DNA of 63,999 nt, filler included, from a bacterium (GTDB taxonomy: Bacteria > JALSQH01): NCBI GenBank assembly GCA_027004335.1. It is 16 parts of 16 records of this genome, joined end to end, with 100 filler letters (N's around TTAATTAATTAA, not from the genome) between each part and the next. Parts side by side here need not be neighbours in the genome. Positions count along the whole stretch, not along the records: positions 12,313 to 21,045 come from JALTID010000169.1; positions 21,146 to 24,078 come from JALTID010000170.1; positions 24,179 to 32,885 come from JALTID010000171.1; 13 more parts are not named here. One strand, 5' to 3'. The position numbers and the translations under genes are program-made. The notes under the pieces are model-generated. The model made no database searches, had not been told where the DNA came from, and saw nothing but the letters and a program-made list of their open reading frames with translations. This document shows positions 19,599-32,659 of this stretch, one piece after another. Each line of letters begins with the position of its first letter. Position 1 is the first letter of the stretch.

Positions 19599-20612
19599 CT
19601 ATTCAAAAATTCCTGGTATGGGGGTTCCACAAAATTTACATTTCCCATCTACTATGTTTAATTCTGTTATTTTGTAACCCACCCTGCCTATTACCACCCT
19701 CCCACATCCAGGGCAGTATGTGTTTTCACCCTCATCTCCCCATAGATTCCCGGAATATACAAACTTGAGTCCTTCTTCAAGACCTACTTCTCTTGCCCTT
19801 CTTATTGATTCTGGAGGTGTAGGAGGTACATGTTGCATTTTGTATGCGGGGTAAAAAGCGCTTATATGCCATGGTATGTCAGGGGATATACCTTTTATGA
19901 ACCTTGCTATATCTCTTAACTCTTCTTCGCTGTCGTTGATCCCTGGAATCAGAAGCGTGGTGACCTCTACCCATTTCCCGTTTTCATGTAAAAATTTTAT
20001 TGTCTCAAGAACTGGCGAAAGTCTTGCAGTTACCACCCTTCTGTAGGTTGCATCTCTGAAACTTTTAAGATCAATATTTGCCCCGTCAAGATAGGGGAGG
20101 ACCTCTTTTAGTGGCTTTCTGTTTATATAACCATTTGTGATAAAAAAATTTCTCAGGCCCTTTTCATGTGCTATTTTTGCAGTGTCATATGCAAGTTCAT
20201 AGAAGATAGTGGGTTCCGTATATGTGTAAGCTATGCTCTTGCATCTATATCGTATTGCAGCTTCAACCACCATTTTAGGGGTAACATAGTCACCGGTCAC
20301 TTCGCCATTATGGAGAATTGGATACTGTGAAATTGAATAGTTCTGGCAATTTTTACATCTCATATTGCAACCCACAGTAGCTATTGAAAAAATGGAAGAC
20401 CCTGGAAGTACATGAAAGAGGGGTTTTTTCTCTATTGGGTCCACATTGGCAGCAATAATTTTATCGTACACAAGGGTGTAGAGAATTCCACCCCTATTAA
20501 CTCTCACGCCACATATACCTGCTCTGCCATCTCGTATAATGCAGTTATGCGGACAGAGAGTGCATTTGACTTTGTTGTTGGGACGCTTTTCCCAGAATTT
20601 TGCAACTTTCAT
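19599..20612 (-). CDS. amrS: AmmeMemoRadiSam system radical SAM enzyme
   Basis: N-terminal CTLCPHNC..GICGVR, DPIEKKPLFH, CNMRCKNC, YTYTEP, C-terminal CPGC/CKFC. Confidence 0.92.
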   Translation of the reverse strand: MKVAKFWEKRPNNKVKCTLCPHNCIIRDGRAGICGVRVNRGGILYTLVYDKIIAANVDPIEKKPLFHVLPGSSIFSIATVGCNMRCKNCQNYSISQYPILHNGEVTGDYVTPKMVVEAAIRYRCKSIAYTYTEPTIFYELAYDTAKIAHEKGLRNFFITNGYINRKPLKEVLPYLDGANIDLKSFRDATYRRVVTARLSPVLETIKFLHENGKWVEVTTLLIPGINDSEEELRDIARFIKGISPDIPWHISAFYPAYKMQHVPPTPPESIRRAREVGLEEGLKFVYSGNLWGDEGENTYCPGCGRVVIGRVGYKITELNIVDGKCKFCGTPIPGIFE

Positions 20613-21045
20613 TTACTTTTGTAAAAGTTTATGATTATTCTATCTTTTTCTTTATCAAATTCGTAGTATGGTAGAGATGGAGTGGAAGGGTAGATTGTAA
20701 GTGTCAAGGTATTTTCAGTTTTTGTAACAACCACACTCTGGACCAGGGAGGAGCGAAGGAAATACTGCTCCTGCCCCGTATCATTGTATGCGTGAGGTAC
20801 ATATATATTTAATGCGTTTTCAAGAGGAGATGGAATAAACTTCTTATATGGCCGATTAAAAACAAATTCCAGATGTGTGAAAGTTGGTCCCGTTGTATAA
20901 GTAAAATCTATTAAACCTGCTGGTCTTGTTATTACCCTTCTCCTCTTCTTTGGTTTAGGCCTTGGCTTTGGCTTAGGTTTTGGTTTTACAGTTTTTGTTA
21001 CAGGGGCTGGAACTACTGGTTTAACTTCCACTACTACTTTTTGTG
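20609..21045 (-). CDS. C-terminal fragment of a protein with a Pro/Lys linker and an AMIN-like beta domain
   Basis: PKPKPKPRPKPK linker followed by a beta-rich domain ending RIIINFY. Confidence 0.5.
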
Positions 21046-21145
21046 NNNNNNNNNNNNNNNNNNNNNNNNNNNNNNNNNNNNNNNNNNNNTTAATTAATTA
21101 ANNNNNNNNNNNNNNNNNNNNNNNNNNNNNNNNNNNNNNNNNNNN

Positions 21146-22705
<1,560 letters not shown>

Positions 22706-22905
22706 TCATAAAATTGTATAGGAAAGAGGGATAAATTTCAAATTGTGAACTTTTTCTGTGCATAGATGGGGACACATGCTGATCCCCCCCTTTAGTTACC
22801 AATTAGAAAATAGGCAGAGGATTTTTGTAGGTATATCTCAAAATTTGTGTAGTTCTATAAATTCAATTTGTTCTAATGTATCTATTTGAATTTACATGTA
22901 AAAAT

Positions 22906-23230
22906 GTAGGGGCAGAAGATTTTCTGCCCCTACGGGTTAATGTAATTTTTGCACATCCTACACGCATGTGGGCAAATAATCATTCGCCCATGCCCCCATT
23001 CAGGAAATATTCTGTAAGGGCAGTCCTGTGTGTCTGCCCTATATTAAAATGCATATCTGCCCCAATATCGGGCGCCCGCTACATTTGCATGGCCGCAAAA
23101 AAGGCTACTATGATCATGTCCTATTGCCTTCTTTATGCCCCAATTCATTTTCTTGTAAGATTAAAGGCTTATGTAACATACTTATTTTATAATGGCCTAT
23201 CGGCTTTTGATCGGACAAAAATGTCCGCTC
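22906..23230. repeat. cluster of REP-like palindromes
   Basis: GTAGGGGCAGAA-GATT-TTCTGCCCCTAC (22906-22933, perfect); degenerate copies at 22964-22993 and 23014-23042; GATCGGACA-AAAA-TGTCCGCTC (23209-23230). Confidence 0.7.
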
Positions 23231-23723
23231 AAAAAATTGCTACAGCTTTTGAAAGTCGCTAAAAAAGAAGATTTAATCTCTGTTAATACGAGCCATAACT
23301 AATACCATGAGCTTAAAAAGCTTCTTTCATGGAGTCAATATGTTAGTGCTAGGTAGTACATTTTCTTGTCTTGATTAGATAAGTATATATCGTTTAAAGC
23401 CTTGTATAGTTGTCTTAAGTGTAAGGGATGCTTGATGTTTTATGGATCCTAAGACCTTAGGTGGGGAGAGAGGTTTTAGGAGTTTTGAAAGTTAGCCCGG
23501 GATATGCCTTTGCGGAGAGCTTAGATTGGGTGGAGGGAATTGTAACATAGAAGTGGTGAGTTCCGTGAGAGGTATAAAGGTGGGGGTGGAGTGGGGAGAA
23601 AAGGAGTCTAAGTGCTGCTGGTAGCTGGGCCTGAACCGATAGGTGATGATTTGGGCGAAGGTGTGAAGCACCGCAAGCGTATGTTCTTTCTTGGGAGAAG
23701 AAATGGTCTTTTCTGATCACTTA

Positions 23724-23918
23724 TCAACTCAACCTTTTCAAAACGGCCTTCTGAATCACTGAAAATCTATCTTTAGTGTCAAAGTCTCTATACAAGCTTT
23801 CGGTCAGGGAACCCCTCGGATAGTTTGTCTTTTCTTGAATAGCCATTAACTCAGTAACCACAAGCATGAATTCAACACTAAATTCTCCAACCTTATCTAG
23901 TTCTTTGAATGGTTCCAC
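23724..23918 (-). pseudogene. probable C-terminal remnant of a hypothetical protein
   Basis: Protein-like 64-aa ORF with no SD; frame closed upstream by promoter-like sequence. Confidence 0.3.
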
Positions 23919-24178
23919 ATGTTCTTGCTTAAAAAATTGTAGTCGTTTTTAAAAAATAGTCAAGTTTTTAATAAAACTCAACTATTTTGCAAAATCTTAC
24001 AATAAATAATCTATTTCTTTTCCTCGTTTGCTTTTTTAATAGCGCTCTCTGTGTCCTTACGCAATTGAGCCATCAATTNNNNNNNNNNNNNNNNNNNNNN
24101 NNNNNNNNNNNNNNNNNNNNNNTTAATTAATTAANNNNNNNNNNNNNNNNNNNNNNNNNNNNNNNNNNNNNNNNNNNN

Positions 24179-25001
24179 AAAACTCTCTTGCCCCATAATG
24201 ATCCAGAGGTAGCTCAAAGTTTATACCCTTTTCCCGTATTTTTCTGAGAATCTCTCTCGCCACAGAAGTTTTATCCAGCTCCACCCTGCTTTTTCCAACA
24301 GCAATATTTTTAATCCACATAAAGGTATAAGCCATAGCACCACCAATAAGGAGACTGTCAATTTTGTTAAGAAGGTTGGAGATAACGGGTATCTTGTCAC
24401 TAACCTTTGCACCACCCAAAACCAATACAAAAGGCCTGCGTGGAAACTTAACTGCGTCTCTTAGGTAGGTGATCTCCCTTTTTATGAGAAAACCAGCCGC
24501 TCTTTTTGCTGGAGGAAAAAGCTGAGGAACACCCACAACAGAGGCATGGGCACGATGCAGGGTCCCAAAAGCATCATTCACATAAAATTCAGCAAGAGAT
24601 GCAAGTTCCTCCGAGAAATGTGAATCGTTCTTCTCTTCACCAGGATTAAACCTGAGATTCTCCAGAAGAAGGATTTCTCCATTTTTGAGCTTATCAACTT
24701 CCTTTTTTACATCCTCACCGATCATCTCTCCAACAAATTTTACCCTAACTTCGGGCAAAAGCTCCTGTAATCTTTCTGCTACCGGCCAAAGAGACAACTC
24801 AGGAACCACCTTTCCTTGGGGACGATCCAAATGGGAAGCAGCGATGATTTTAGCCCTATTCTCAAGGAGATAATTCATTGTCTCCAGACTCGCTCTAATC
24901 CTGGTATCATCTACAACCTTACCATTCTCAACAGGTACATTGTAATCTACCCGCAAAAAAACCCTCGCACCCTTTAGATCAAGATCATCCACATATCTCA
25001 T
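24179..25001 (-). CDS. pgk: phosphoglycerate kinase (3' truncated)
   Basis: RVDYNVP, DDTRI, LLENLRF, VNDAFGTLHRAHAS, GGAKVSDK. Confidence 0.97.
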
Positions 25002-25016
25002 CCGGTCCCTCCATTT

Positions 25017-26048
<1,032 letters not shown>

Positions 26049-26057
26049 TTACTATTC

Positions 26058-26085
26058 ATTATATAATATAGCCTAAGGGTGTCAA
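26058..26085 (-). promoter_or_regulatory. sigma-70 promoter TTGACA-N16-TATAAT for gap-pgk
   Basis: Perfect hexamers upstream of SD AGGAGG. Confidence 0.7.
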
Positions 26086-26129
26086 TTTTTTAAATAAAAG
26101 TAACTATAAAAGCTTTCTATCTCAAAGAT

Positions 26130-26157
26130 TTGACTTAAATGGTTCTGAATATATAAT
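26130..26157 (+). promoter_or_regulatory. sigma-70 promoter TTGACT-N16-TATAAT for tRNA-Pro
   Basis: Consensus match 15 nt upstream of the tRNA. Confidence 0.65.
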
Positions 26158-26172
26158 TTAGTAGAAGAAAGT

Positions 26173-26249
26173 CGGGGTGTAGCTCAGTATGGCAGAGCAC
26201 CGCGTTCGGGACGCGGGTGTCGGAGGTTCAAATCCTCTCACCCCGACCA
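26173..26249 (+). tRNA. tRNA-Pro (anticodon CGG)
   Basis: Acceptor stem CGGGGTG/CACCCCG + ACCA, anticodon arm CCGCG-TTCGGGA-CGCGG, T-loop GGTTCAAATCC; 77 nt. Confidence 0.97.
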
Positions 26250-26277
26250 TTTTCAAACAAAAATTAAGGAGGTTAGA

Positions 26278-28062
26278 ATGAGTGAAGCAAAAAAAGGTGC
26301 TGCCTGGCTCCTTGAGAAGGTTGGTTCCAGCAAAATTTTTACGGTTGAAGATCTTAACGAAGAACAGAAAGCTATCGGAAAAACAGCAGAGGATTTTCTT
26401 GAAAAAGAAGTAAGGCCTATCTGGGATGAAATTGAGGACGAGGAGAAAAAATTAGAACTTGAACCAAAACTCCTGAGGAAAGCTGGAGAACTGGGATTAC
26501 TTATGATTGATATCCCGGAAGAATATGGGGGGCTTGGCCTTGATAAAACTACATCAATGCTTGTTTCAGAAAAAATTGCTTCAATACAATCCTTTGCCAC
26601 AACTCTTATGGCACACACAGGAATCGGGACTCTTCCAATAGTTCATTTCGGGACAAAAGAACAAAAAATCAAATATCTTCCAAAACTCGCCACAGGTGAG
26701 TGGATCGCATCCTACGCTCTCACAGAAACCGGCTATGGCTCAGATGCACTAAGAGCCAAAACTAAAGCAGTACTTTCTGAAGATGGAAAATACTATATTC
26801 TCAACGGAGAAAAACAGTTTATCACAAACACAGGTTTTGCCGATGTATTTATAGTCTATGCGCAGGTTGATGGCGAAAAATTTACAGCATTCATAGTAGA
26901 GAGAGACTTCGGAATAAAATCTGGTGCAGAAGAAAACAAAATGGGAATCAGAGGCTCCTCCACAAGACCCCTGATACTTGAAGATGTTAAAGTTCCTGTG
27001 GAAAATGTTTTGGGGGAGATCGGGAGGGGACACAAATCAGCTTTAAATATTCTTGATGTGGGAAGATTCAAATTGGGCATAGCTGGTCTCGGAGTAACCA
27101 AAAGAGTTTTCAAAGTAGCTGCTGAATACGCTAATCAGAGAAAACAGTTCGGTGTTCCAATTTCCACTTTTGGCATGATAAGAAAAAAATTCGCAGATAT
27201 GGCAGTAGGCGCTTATGTGCTTGAATCAATGTCATACCGACTCTCTGGCCTTTATGACTCTTTTATGGAACAATTTGAAAAGGGCACTGAGGAGTATGAC
27301 AGGAAGGCAGTCCAGGTCTATGAGGATTACCAGATAGAGGCATCAATTATGAAGGTTTTTGGTTCCGAAATTCAGGGGATGGCGGTTGATCACGCCGTTC
27401 AGATCCATGGTGGTTATGGATTTATAGAAGAATATGAAGTAGCAAGACAGTACAGAGATGCCAGAATAAGCAGAATTTTTGAAGGAACCAATGAGATCAA
27501 TAGATTACTGCTGCCAGGTGCTCTTCTCAGAAGATACCAGAGGAAGGAGCTTGATCTTATGACCCCCGTTCAGGCAACCTTTAAGGAACTTCAGGGGGAT
27601 ATAACAAAATCTCCGGAATCTGGACCACTCGGATACGAAATCACAGCTACAGAACTTGCAAAGAAAGCCTTTTTCCTCGCCGCTGGTGCTGCGGTTCAGA
27701 AATTTGGTGGAGAACTCAGGAATCAGCAATATGTAATGGAAAATCTGGCAGATATCATGATTGCCATTTATGGGATGGACTCTTCGGTAGCGAGGGCCCT
27801 CCAGTATATAGAAAAAAATGGAGAGGATAAATCATTCATGCCGCTGGCAATGACCAAAGTCTATGCCTATGAAGCATTCCAACAGGTAATTGCAAGGGCA
27901 AGACAGGTGCTGGTAGATACCGCTCAGGGAGATGAAAAAGAAACCCAGATGTATCTTAATATGATCAATAAACTCTGGTGGTACTGGCCTCTGGACCTCG
28001 CCTCTATTAAAGACAAGATTGCAGAAGTTGTAATAGGTAGAGAGGAATACACGCTAATTTAG
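26278..28062 (+). CDS. long-form acyl-CoA dehydrogenase (FadE/ACAD9-like, 594 aa)
   Basis: YALTE..GSDA, LNGEKQFIT, KMGIRGSST, QIHGGYGF, RIFEGTNEINR, extra C-terminal domain. Confidence 0.95.
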   Translation: MSEAKKGAAWLLEKVGSSKIFTVEDLNEEQKAIGKTAEDFLEKEVRPIWDEIEDEEKKLELEPKLLRKAGELGLLMIDIPEEYGGLGLDKTTSMLVSEKIASIQSFATTLMAHTGIGTLPIVHFGTKEQKIKYLPKLATGEWIASYALTETGYGSDALRAKTKAVLSEDGKYYILNGEKQFITNTGFADVFIVYAQVDGEKFTAFIVERDFGIKSGAEENKMGIRGSSTRPLILEDVKVPVENVLGEIGRGHKSALNILDVGRFKLGIAGLGVTKRVFKVAAEYANQRKQFGVPISTFGMIRKKFADMAVGAYVLESMSYRLSGLYDSFMEQFEKGTEEYDRKAVQVYEDYQIEASIMKVFGSEIQGMAVDHAVQIHGGYGFIEEYEVARQYRDARISRIFEGTNEINRLLLPGALLRRYQRKELDLMTPVQATFKELQGDITKSPESGPLGYEITATELAKKAFFLAAGAAVQKFGGELRNQQYVMENLADIMIAIYGMDSSVARALQYIEKNGEDKSFMPLAMTKVYAYEAFQQVIARARQVLVDTAQGDEKETQMYLNMINKLWWYWPLDLASIKDKIAEVVIGREEYTLI

Positions 28063-28081
28063 CCAATACCCTCCCTGGTTA

Positions 28082-28119
28082 AGGGGCTGAGCAACCTGTG
28101 CTTGGCCCCTCTCTTTTTT
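28082..28119 (+). terminator. intrinsic terminator
   Basis: AGGGGCTGAGCA-ACCTG-TGCTTGGCCCCT stem followed by CTCTTTTTT. Confidence 0.8.
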
Positions 28120-28161
28120 CTACGGAGAATTTCAAACTTAAAGAAAGTCAAGAATAAAAAA

Positions 28162-28824
28162 TCAGTGCCTTCGGAACTCAGGAAATCTTTTAAGGCCAAC
28201 TATGATCTTTCCAGGAATTATCAAGTAATTAAATATCAGGATAATTAGAACAATCACAGAAGCCCAGAGAGAATTACTGGTAATTTCCTCTGTATCAAGA
28301 ATATCAATCCCTCTTCTTTTGTCAATCTTCCACAGCGTATAAAGTCCCATTCCCAATATAGATAAAAAAGTAAGAAATTGAAGATAAACACTGATGGCGA
28401 GGTACCTGCTAAATTTTAATAGATAAAACAGAAGCAAAAAACTTCCAAAAAAACCCATAGTGGAAAAATCATAACCTCTGAAAATTATAGTTCTAAGATG
28501 ACTCTGATCCTTCACAAAAGGATAAAAAATGAGCCACAATCCATACAAACCAACAAACGATAGTAATCTGAGATTAAAACCGATATCATTCTTTACCCTC
28601 AGGGGGATCTTACCGGTGTGGAAAACCATATCAAGATTTGTAAAAAAATTTATTCCAATATCAATCCAGGGGAGGAAAAAGGTTATAATTAAAAATATCC
28701 CTGCACCCACTGAAAACCACTTTATATAATTAAAACCTTCCGTATAACCACAGCGGGGACAGATTGTAAAACCACCTCTATTTCTGTATCCACAGACAGG
28801 GCATTTCTTCATTGCTTCCATCAA
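28162..28824 (-). CDS. membrane protein with an N-terminal zinc ribbon
   Basis: CPVCG..CPRCG followed by about five hydrophobic segments. Confidence 0.7.
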   Translation of the reverse strand: MMEAMKKCPVCGYRNRGGFTICPRCGYTEGFNYIKWFSVGAGIFLIITFFLPWIDIGINFFTNLDMVFHTGKIPLRVKNDIGFNLRLLSFVGLYGLWLIFYPFVKDQSHLRTIIFRGYDFSTMGFFGSFLLLFYLLKFSRYLAISVYLQFLTFLSILGMGLYTLWKIDKRRGIDILDTEEITSNSLWASVIVLIILIFNYLIIPGKIIVGLKRFPEFRRH

Positions 28825-29062
28825 GAAGAATTATAACACAGAGATGAACAGGATGCAAAAGGGGGAGAAACTATCCTACAATTGGATGTAAATAAGATGT
28901 AGAAAACCTATCTATTAACCATCAAACTTCCCTATCTCCATTAAGTTTTTTATCACTTTGCACAAGAAATATGCAGATACAAAATTAAAATTTAGACCTT
29001 AAAACAACTAATTAAAAAAATACATAGCTACAATAAAGGCTTCAGAAAAATAAAACGAGTTT

Positions 29063-29650
29063 TTATTTAAAATAAACGAGTCCACACTTAGTCATGTCCT
29101 TAATCACCTGTGAAAGGGGTAACCCAACGACATTACTATAAGAACCTCTAACTGTCTCTACTAAAAAAGCACCTATACCCTGAACTCCATACGCACCAGC
29201 CTTATCCAGTGGCTCACCTGTGGAAACATACCATTTTATTATTTCAGGGGCTAATTTCATTATCTTAACCTTACTTTTCACACTTCTTCTGTAAAATTTT
29301 TTACCGCAATATAGGGCATATCCTGTATAGACTGTATGCCATTTGCCTGAAAGGAAGCTTAAATAATACTCTGCCTCCTGCGGGGAGGATGGTTTCCCTA
29401 TGATCTGCTTATCCAGGAACACCACAGTATCGGCAGTCAAAATAGGAGTCTCCCCAGCCACCTTGCCCTTTACTGTCTCCAACTTTTCAATAGCTGATCT
29501 CTTGACAAACTCCCACGGAGGTTCACCCTCGCGGGGATTCTCTTCAATCTCAGGGACAACAACTTCAAAATCAAGTCCTATTTTTTCAAGTAACTCCCTC
29601 CTCCTGGGAGAAGCTGAACCAAGAATAAAAAGCTTATTTTTCACCCGCAA
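29063..29650 (-). CDS. maf: Maf family nucleoside triphosphate pyrophosphatase
   Basis: LGSASPRRRELL, TADTVV, GEPLDKAGAYGVQG, NVVGLP. Confidence 0.95.
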   Translation of the reverse strand: MRVKNKLFILGSASPRRRELLEKIGLDFEVVVPEIEENPREGEPPWEFVKRSAIEKLETVKGKVAGETPILTADTVVFLDKQIIGKPSSPQEAEYYLSFLSGKWHTVYTGYALYCGKKFYRRSVKSKVKIMKLAPEIIKWYVSTGEPLDKAGAYGVQGIGAFLVETVRGSYSNVVGLPLSQVIKDMTKCGLVYFK

Positions 29651-30626
29651 GCTCCCTCAAAACTTCTGCTCTATTTTTCAAGCCCTCAGTACAACCATCC
29701 ATAGTTCTCCTCTCAAGCCAGATAGACCCTATGCAGGGAAAGCAGAAATCAACAAGGGGACAGCTACCACAGTTGTAATCTTTTAATCTTCTTCCCCTTA
29801 AGAATTTGAAGATCTCTGCGTTATTCCAGATATCAGCTATATCCTTCTCCATTATGTTACCCGCTTTTATTCTCAACTGAACACATGGGAAAACTTCACC
29901 ATATGGGGATATAGCCATGATACCTACCCCTGCGTTACAGATAAAGTCATCCACTTTCCTTGGGGAAAATTCAAAGCTTATTCCCATGGTTGAGTAAAAC
30001 TCTCTCATCTCTTCTTTTGAAAGCCTCAACTGCAGAGGCTCAGAAGAAAAATCATCCCTCGGGGTTATTATAACATCATAGTAAAAGTCAGCTCCAATTT
30101 TCTCTGCGAGAACCTTTGTATTCAGCACATCCCTATAATTGGGTTTCATCGCAACAAACTTCAGATTTGTCCTTATTCCCCTTTCCACAAGTAATTTCAC
30201 TGCATTTGTTAATTTTTTAAAAGAACCAGGGACTCTGGTAATAGAATCATGAAGATCAGGCTTGCTCCCATAAATACTCATCTCTACTTCAAGGAGATTT
30301 ATTGTCCTCAGGAAATCTGCAAAATTCTCATCAATATAATAACCAGCAGTAAAAAGTCTAATAGCAAAATCCATATCAGACATTAAAAGTAAAAGCTCTT
30401 TTATATCTGATCTTATTAAAGGCTCTCCTCCTGTGACAGTAAGAAGCAGGGTCCCAAGCTCTCTCAAGTCACGGAGCAATTTTTCATATTCATCAATAGT
30501 AAGTTCCTTTTTTTTCCTATCAACCACATAGCAATGAATACATCTAAGATTACACCTGTAGGTAACTTCAAGAATTACGCTGGAAGGGATCCCATACTTT
30601 GTTGAGACATTATAGAGAGTTTTCAT
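29634..30626 (-). CDS. radical SAM protein with a SPASM domain (peptide-maturase type)
   Basis: CNLRCIHC, TGGEPL; SPASM CNAG..ISPYGEVFPC...CGSCPLVDFCFPC. Confidence 0.92.
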   Translation of the reverse strand: MKTLYNVSTKYGIPSSVILEVTYRCNLRCIHCYVVDRKKKELTIDEYEKLLRDLRELGTLLLTVTGGEPLIRSDIKELLLLMSDMDFAIRLFTAGYYIDENFADFLRTINLLEVEMSIYGSKPDLHDSITRVPGSFKKLTNAVKLLVERGIRTNLKFVAMKPNYRDVLNTKVLAEKIGADFYYDVIITPRDDFSSEPLQLRLSKEEMREFYSTMGISFEFSPRKVDDFICNAGVGIMAISPYGEVFPCVQLRIKAGNIMEKDIADIWNNAEIFKFLRGRRLKDYNCGSCPLVDFCFPCIGSIWLERRTMDGCTEGLKNRAEVLRELAGEK

Positions 30627-30913
30627 GCAGGCTTCTCCACAAGCTCAGCCTCTAACAATTGAGAAATAAACTCAACTACATCACCTGCAGCTTCATCAGA
30701 ATCAACATCATACTCTGAAGAAATCTCTCCAGCTATGGACCCGAGATCCCTCTCCCCATCAAGAAGCTCCCATATTACTCCAGCTGTCTCATTAAAAGAA
30801 AAGATTTCCCCTCTTGTCGTGTCAATCAAAACAGTTTCATCAAGCAACTTCCGATAAGCAACGCCCTTTTTCTTTTTGAAAACATCCTTCAAAGTTATTT
30901 TATAATCTCCCAT
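30623..30913 (-). CDS. PqqD-family RiPP recognition element
   Basis: ETVLID..IFSFNETAGVIWELLDG..EYDV..DVVEFISQLLEAELV. Confidence 0.92.
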   Translation of the reverse strand: MGDYKITLKDVFKKKKGVAYRKLLDETVLIDTTRGEIFSFNETAGVIWELLDGERDLGSIAGEISSEYDVDSDEAAGDVVEFISQLLEAELVEKPA

Positions 30914-31689
30914 GGAAAATCCCCCATTTTAAAATAAAAATCATAAACCTCAACTTCTTTCAAAAGCTCAGAAATATTATTGAGAGCACAATCATAAAAA
31001 CCGGGAATAGAATTTACAAAAGGAAGGTTCGCGAACAGTTTTGCAACAGCCGTACCGCCATGGACCTTATTGAGAATAGTTTTTTCCCTGCTTTTATTCA
31101 GCAAAAAAATCTTTCTTAAAGGAACACTCCTGAATTCACGATGGAACAGAGTCTCTTCTCCTCTGAATGGAGTTGAATACAAATTAAAAATCTCTCCTTC
31201 CCTTCTAATAGCTACAATATCATCACTATAAACAAATCCGTGAGACATAAGTACTCTTGATATGGTGGTTTTGCCACTTCCTGATTGACCCACAAAAACA
31301 AAGCCCTTACCATCAACTTCCACTCCAGCAGAATGAAGGAGCATTCCACCATTTTTAAGAAGAAATATAGAATAGTAAACGCGAAAAAAATTTTCCAACA
31401 CACTTATGTTATTAGAAGGATCAAAGAAGATCTTTCCATTAAAATTATTATCAAAATAACCATGAAAACCCATAGATTTCAGGTAAATATCATTTTCTCT
31501 TGTATTTATGATTAATGGCCACTCTCCCACAGAATTTTTTATACCCGAACCTCTTTCAGAAGTAATCTCTATTTTTCCTCTGTATTTTCCTTCGCTAAAT
31601 ATAAATTTTTTAAAATATTCCTCCATATCTCTTGTTATCACTTCAGGGGCAGATAAGAGGGTTCTCAATCTTCCCACTTCAAGAATCAA
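30895..31689 (-). CDS. HPr-kinase-related P-loop kinase
   Basis: LLHSAGV..GFVFVGQSGSGKTT..YSDD (His, Walker A and DD motif). Confidence 0.85.
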   Translation of the reverse strand: MILEVGRLRTLLSAPEVITRDMEEYFKKFIFSEGKYRGKIEITSERGSGIKNSVGEWPLIINTRENDIYLKSMGFHGYFDNNFNGKIFFDPSNNISVLENFFRVYYSIFLLKNGGMLLHSAGVEVDGKGFVFVGQSGSGKTTISRVLMSHGFVYSDDIVAIRREGEIFNLYSTPFRGEETLFHREFRSVPLRKIFLLNKSREKTILNKVHGGTAVAKLFANLPFVNSIPGFYDCALNNISELLKEVEVYDFYFKMGDFPWEIIK

Positions 31690-32642
31690 TCACTACCTCC
31701 TGCAAAAAAATCCAAAAAAGCGAGGAGGGAATAGGAAAGAGTAAATCTAAATTTATTCTTCATTGAACTCAGCGTACTCAGGGCATAACTGTACCTCTTA
31801 ACTCCTCTTAGAGGTTCCTCTCTGTAAATCTCCACATCTAACTCCCTTGCTGTTAACTTAAGCGGAAAACTCAATCCAAATGTTTCCTCCATGACCTTCA
31901 TAACAGTTGTGAATCCTCTTGAAATGCCAGATTCCTTCACCTGATACATAATATAATCAAAATCAGGCCCTCTTTTAAAAATAAAATAGAGATCCCACCA
32001 CGGTACAAGAGGCAGAGAAAAGCCATCTTTCAGTATATGGATAATAGTGATAACAAATTGATCTTCCGGAGTAGGATAGTGAAAAAAATCTGATATTCCC
32101 CTGCTCCTGCTCCACACACTTTCTTCATCAAAAGGGTATCTGAACTTTTGAAAAAGGCGGTAATGAACATCTATATATTTCCAGTCACCAGAGCCTCTGA
32201 ATGTTACTTCAGCCCCGATTCTATCAAGAAACTCTCTACCGAGGACTTTTACAATCTCAAATCCATTTTCAACCAGCAACTTCTTTACCTTTTCAAGGTC
32301 CTCATAATGTATGAGAAAATCATAATCTCCCATAAGCCTGAGGGAAGGATCAGGGTAAAATCTCCTTGTATAAAGTCCCTTGAAAACGAGAAAAGTAATT
32401 TTTTCTCTTTCAAAAAGAGATATAATCAGATCAGGATCGTTCCTGTGATAGAGGTACTCAGCCTGAGCAGCTACATAATCCCGGTACAATCCTCGTCTTA
32501 TCCTCTCATCTACAGAACTTAGCAGATTTTCCTTTTTGAGAAAATAAAAGAACAGAGGTGAAATATTTCCCTTTGACGCAAGTACAGCCTGCTCAAGGGT
32601 CAGGGGAATTTCAAGCCCCTCTCCCCTCTCCAGAGCAAGCAT
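31686..32642 (-). CDS. nucleotidyltransferase family protein (NTP_transf_5-like); 5' end uncertain at a probable chimeric junction
   Basis: VFKG..YPDPSLRLMGDYDFLI and IDVHYRLF motifs. Confidence 0.85.
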   Translation of the reverse strand: MLALERGEGLEIPLTLEQAVLASKGNISPLFFYFLKKENLLSSVDERIRRGLYRDYVAAQAEYLYHRNDPDLIISLFEREKITFLVFKGLYTRRFYPDPSLRLMGDYDFLIHYEDLEKVKKLLVENGFEIVKVLGREFLDRIGAEVTFRGSGDWKYIDVHYRLFQKFRYPFDEESVWSRSRGISDFFHYPTPEDQFVITIIHILKDGFSLPLVPWWDLYFIFKRGPDFDYIMYQVKESGISRGFTTVMKVMEETFGLSFPLKLTARELDVEIYREEPLRGVKRYSYALSTLSSMKNKFRFTLSYSLLAFLDFFAGGSD

Positions 32643-32659
32643 ATTTCTTGTTAGCTCAA

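Noticed and set aside
22876-23262. 128-aa plus-strand ORF
   Set aside because: Runs through REP-like palindromes, has atypical composition and no SD; likely spurious
26173-26249. tRNA as an integration site
   Set aside because: No 3'-end duplication or integrase nearby; it is followed directly by a metabolic gene
28825-29062. Precursor peptide downstream of the radical SAM cassette
   Set aside because: Only very short ORFs (15 aa or fewer in the frames read) without an SD or leader motif
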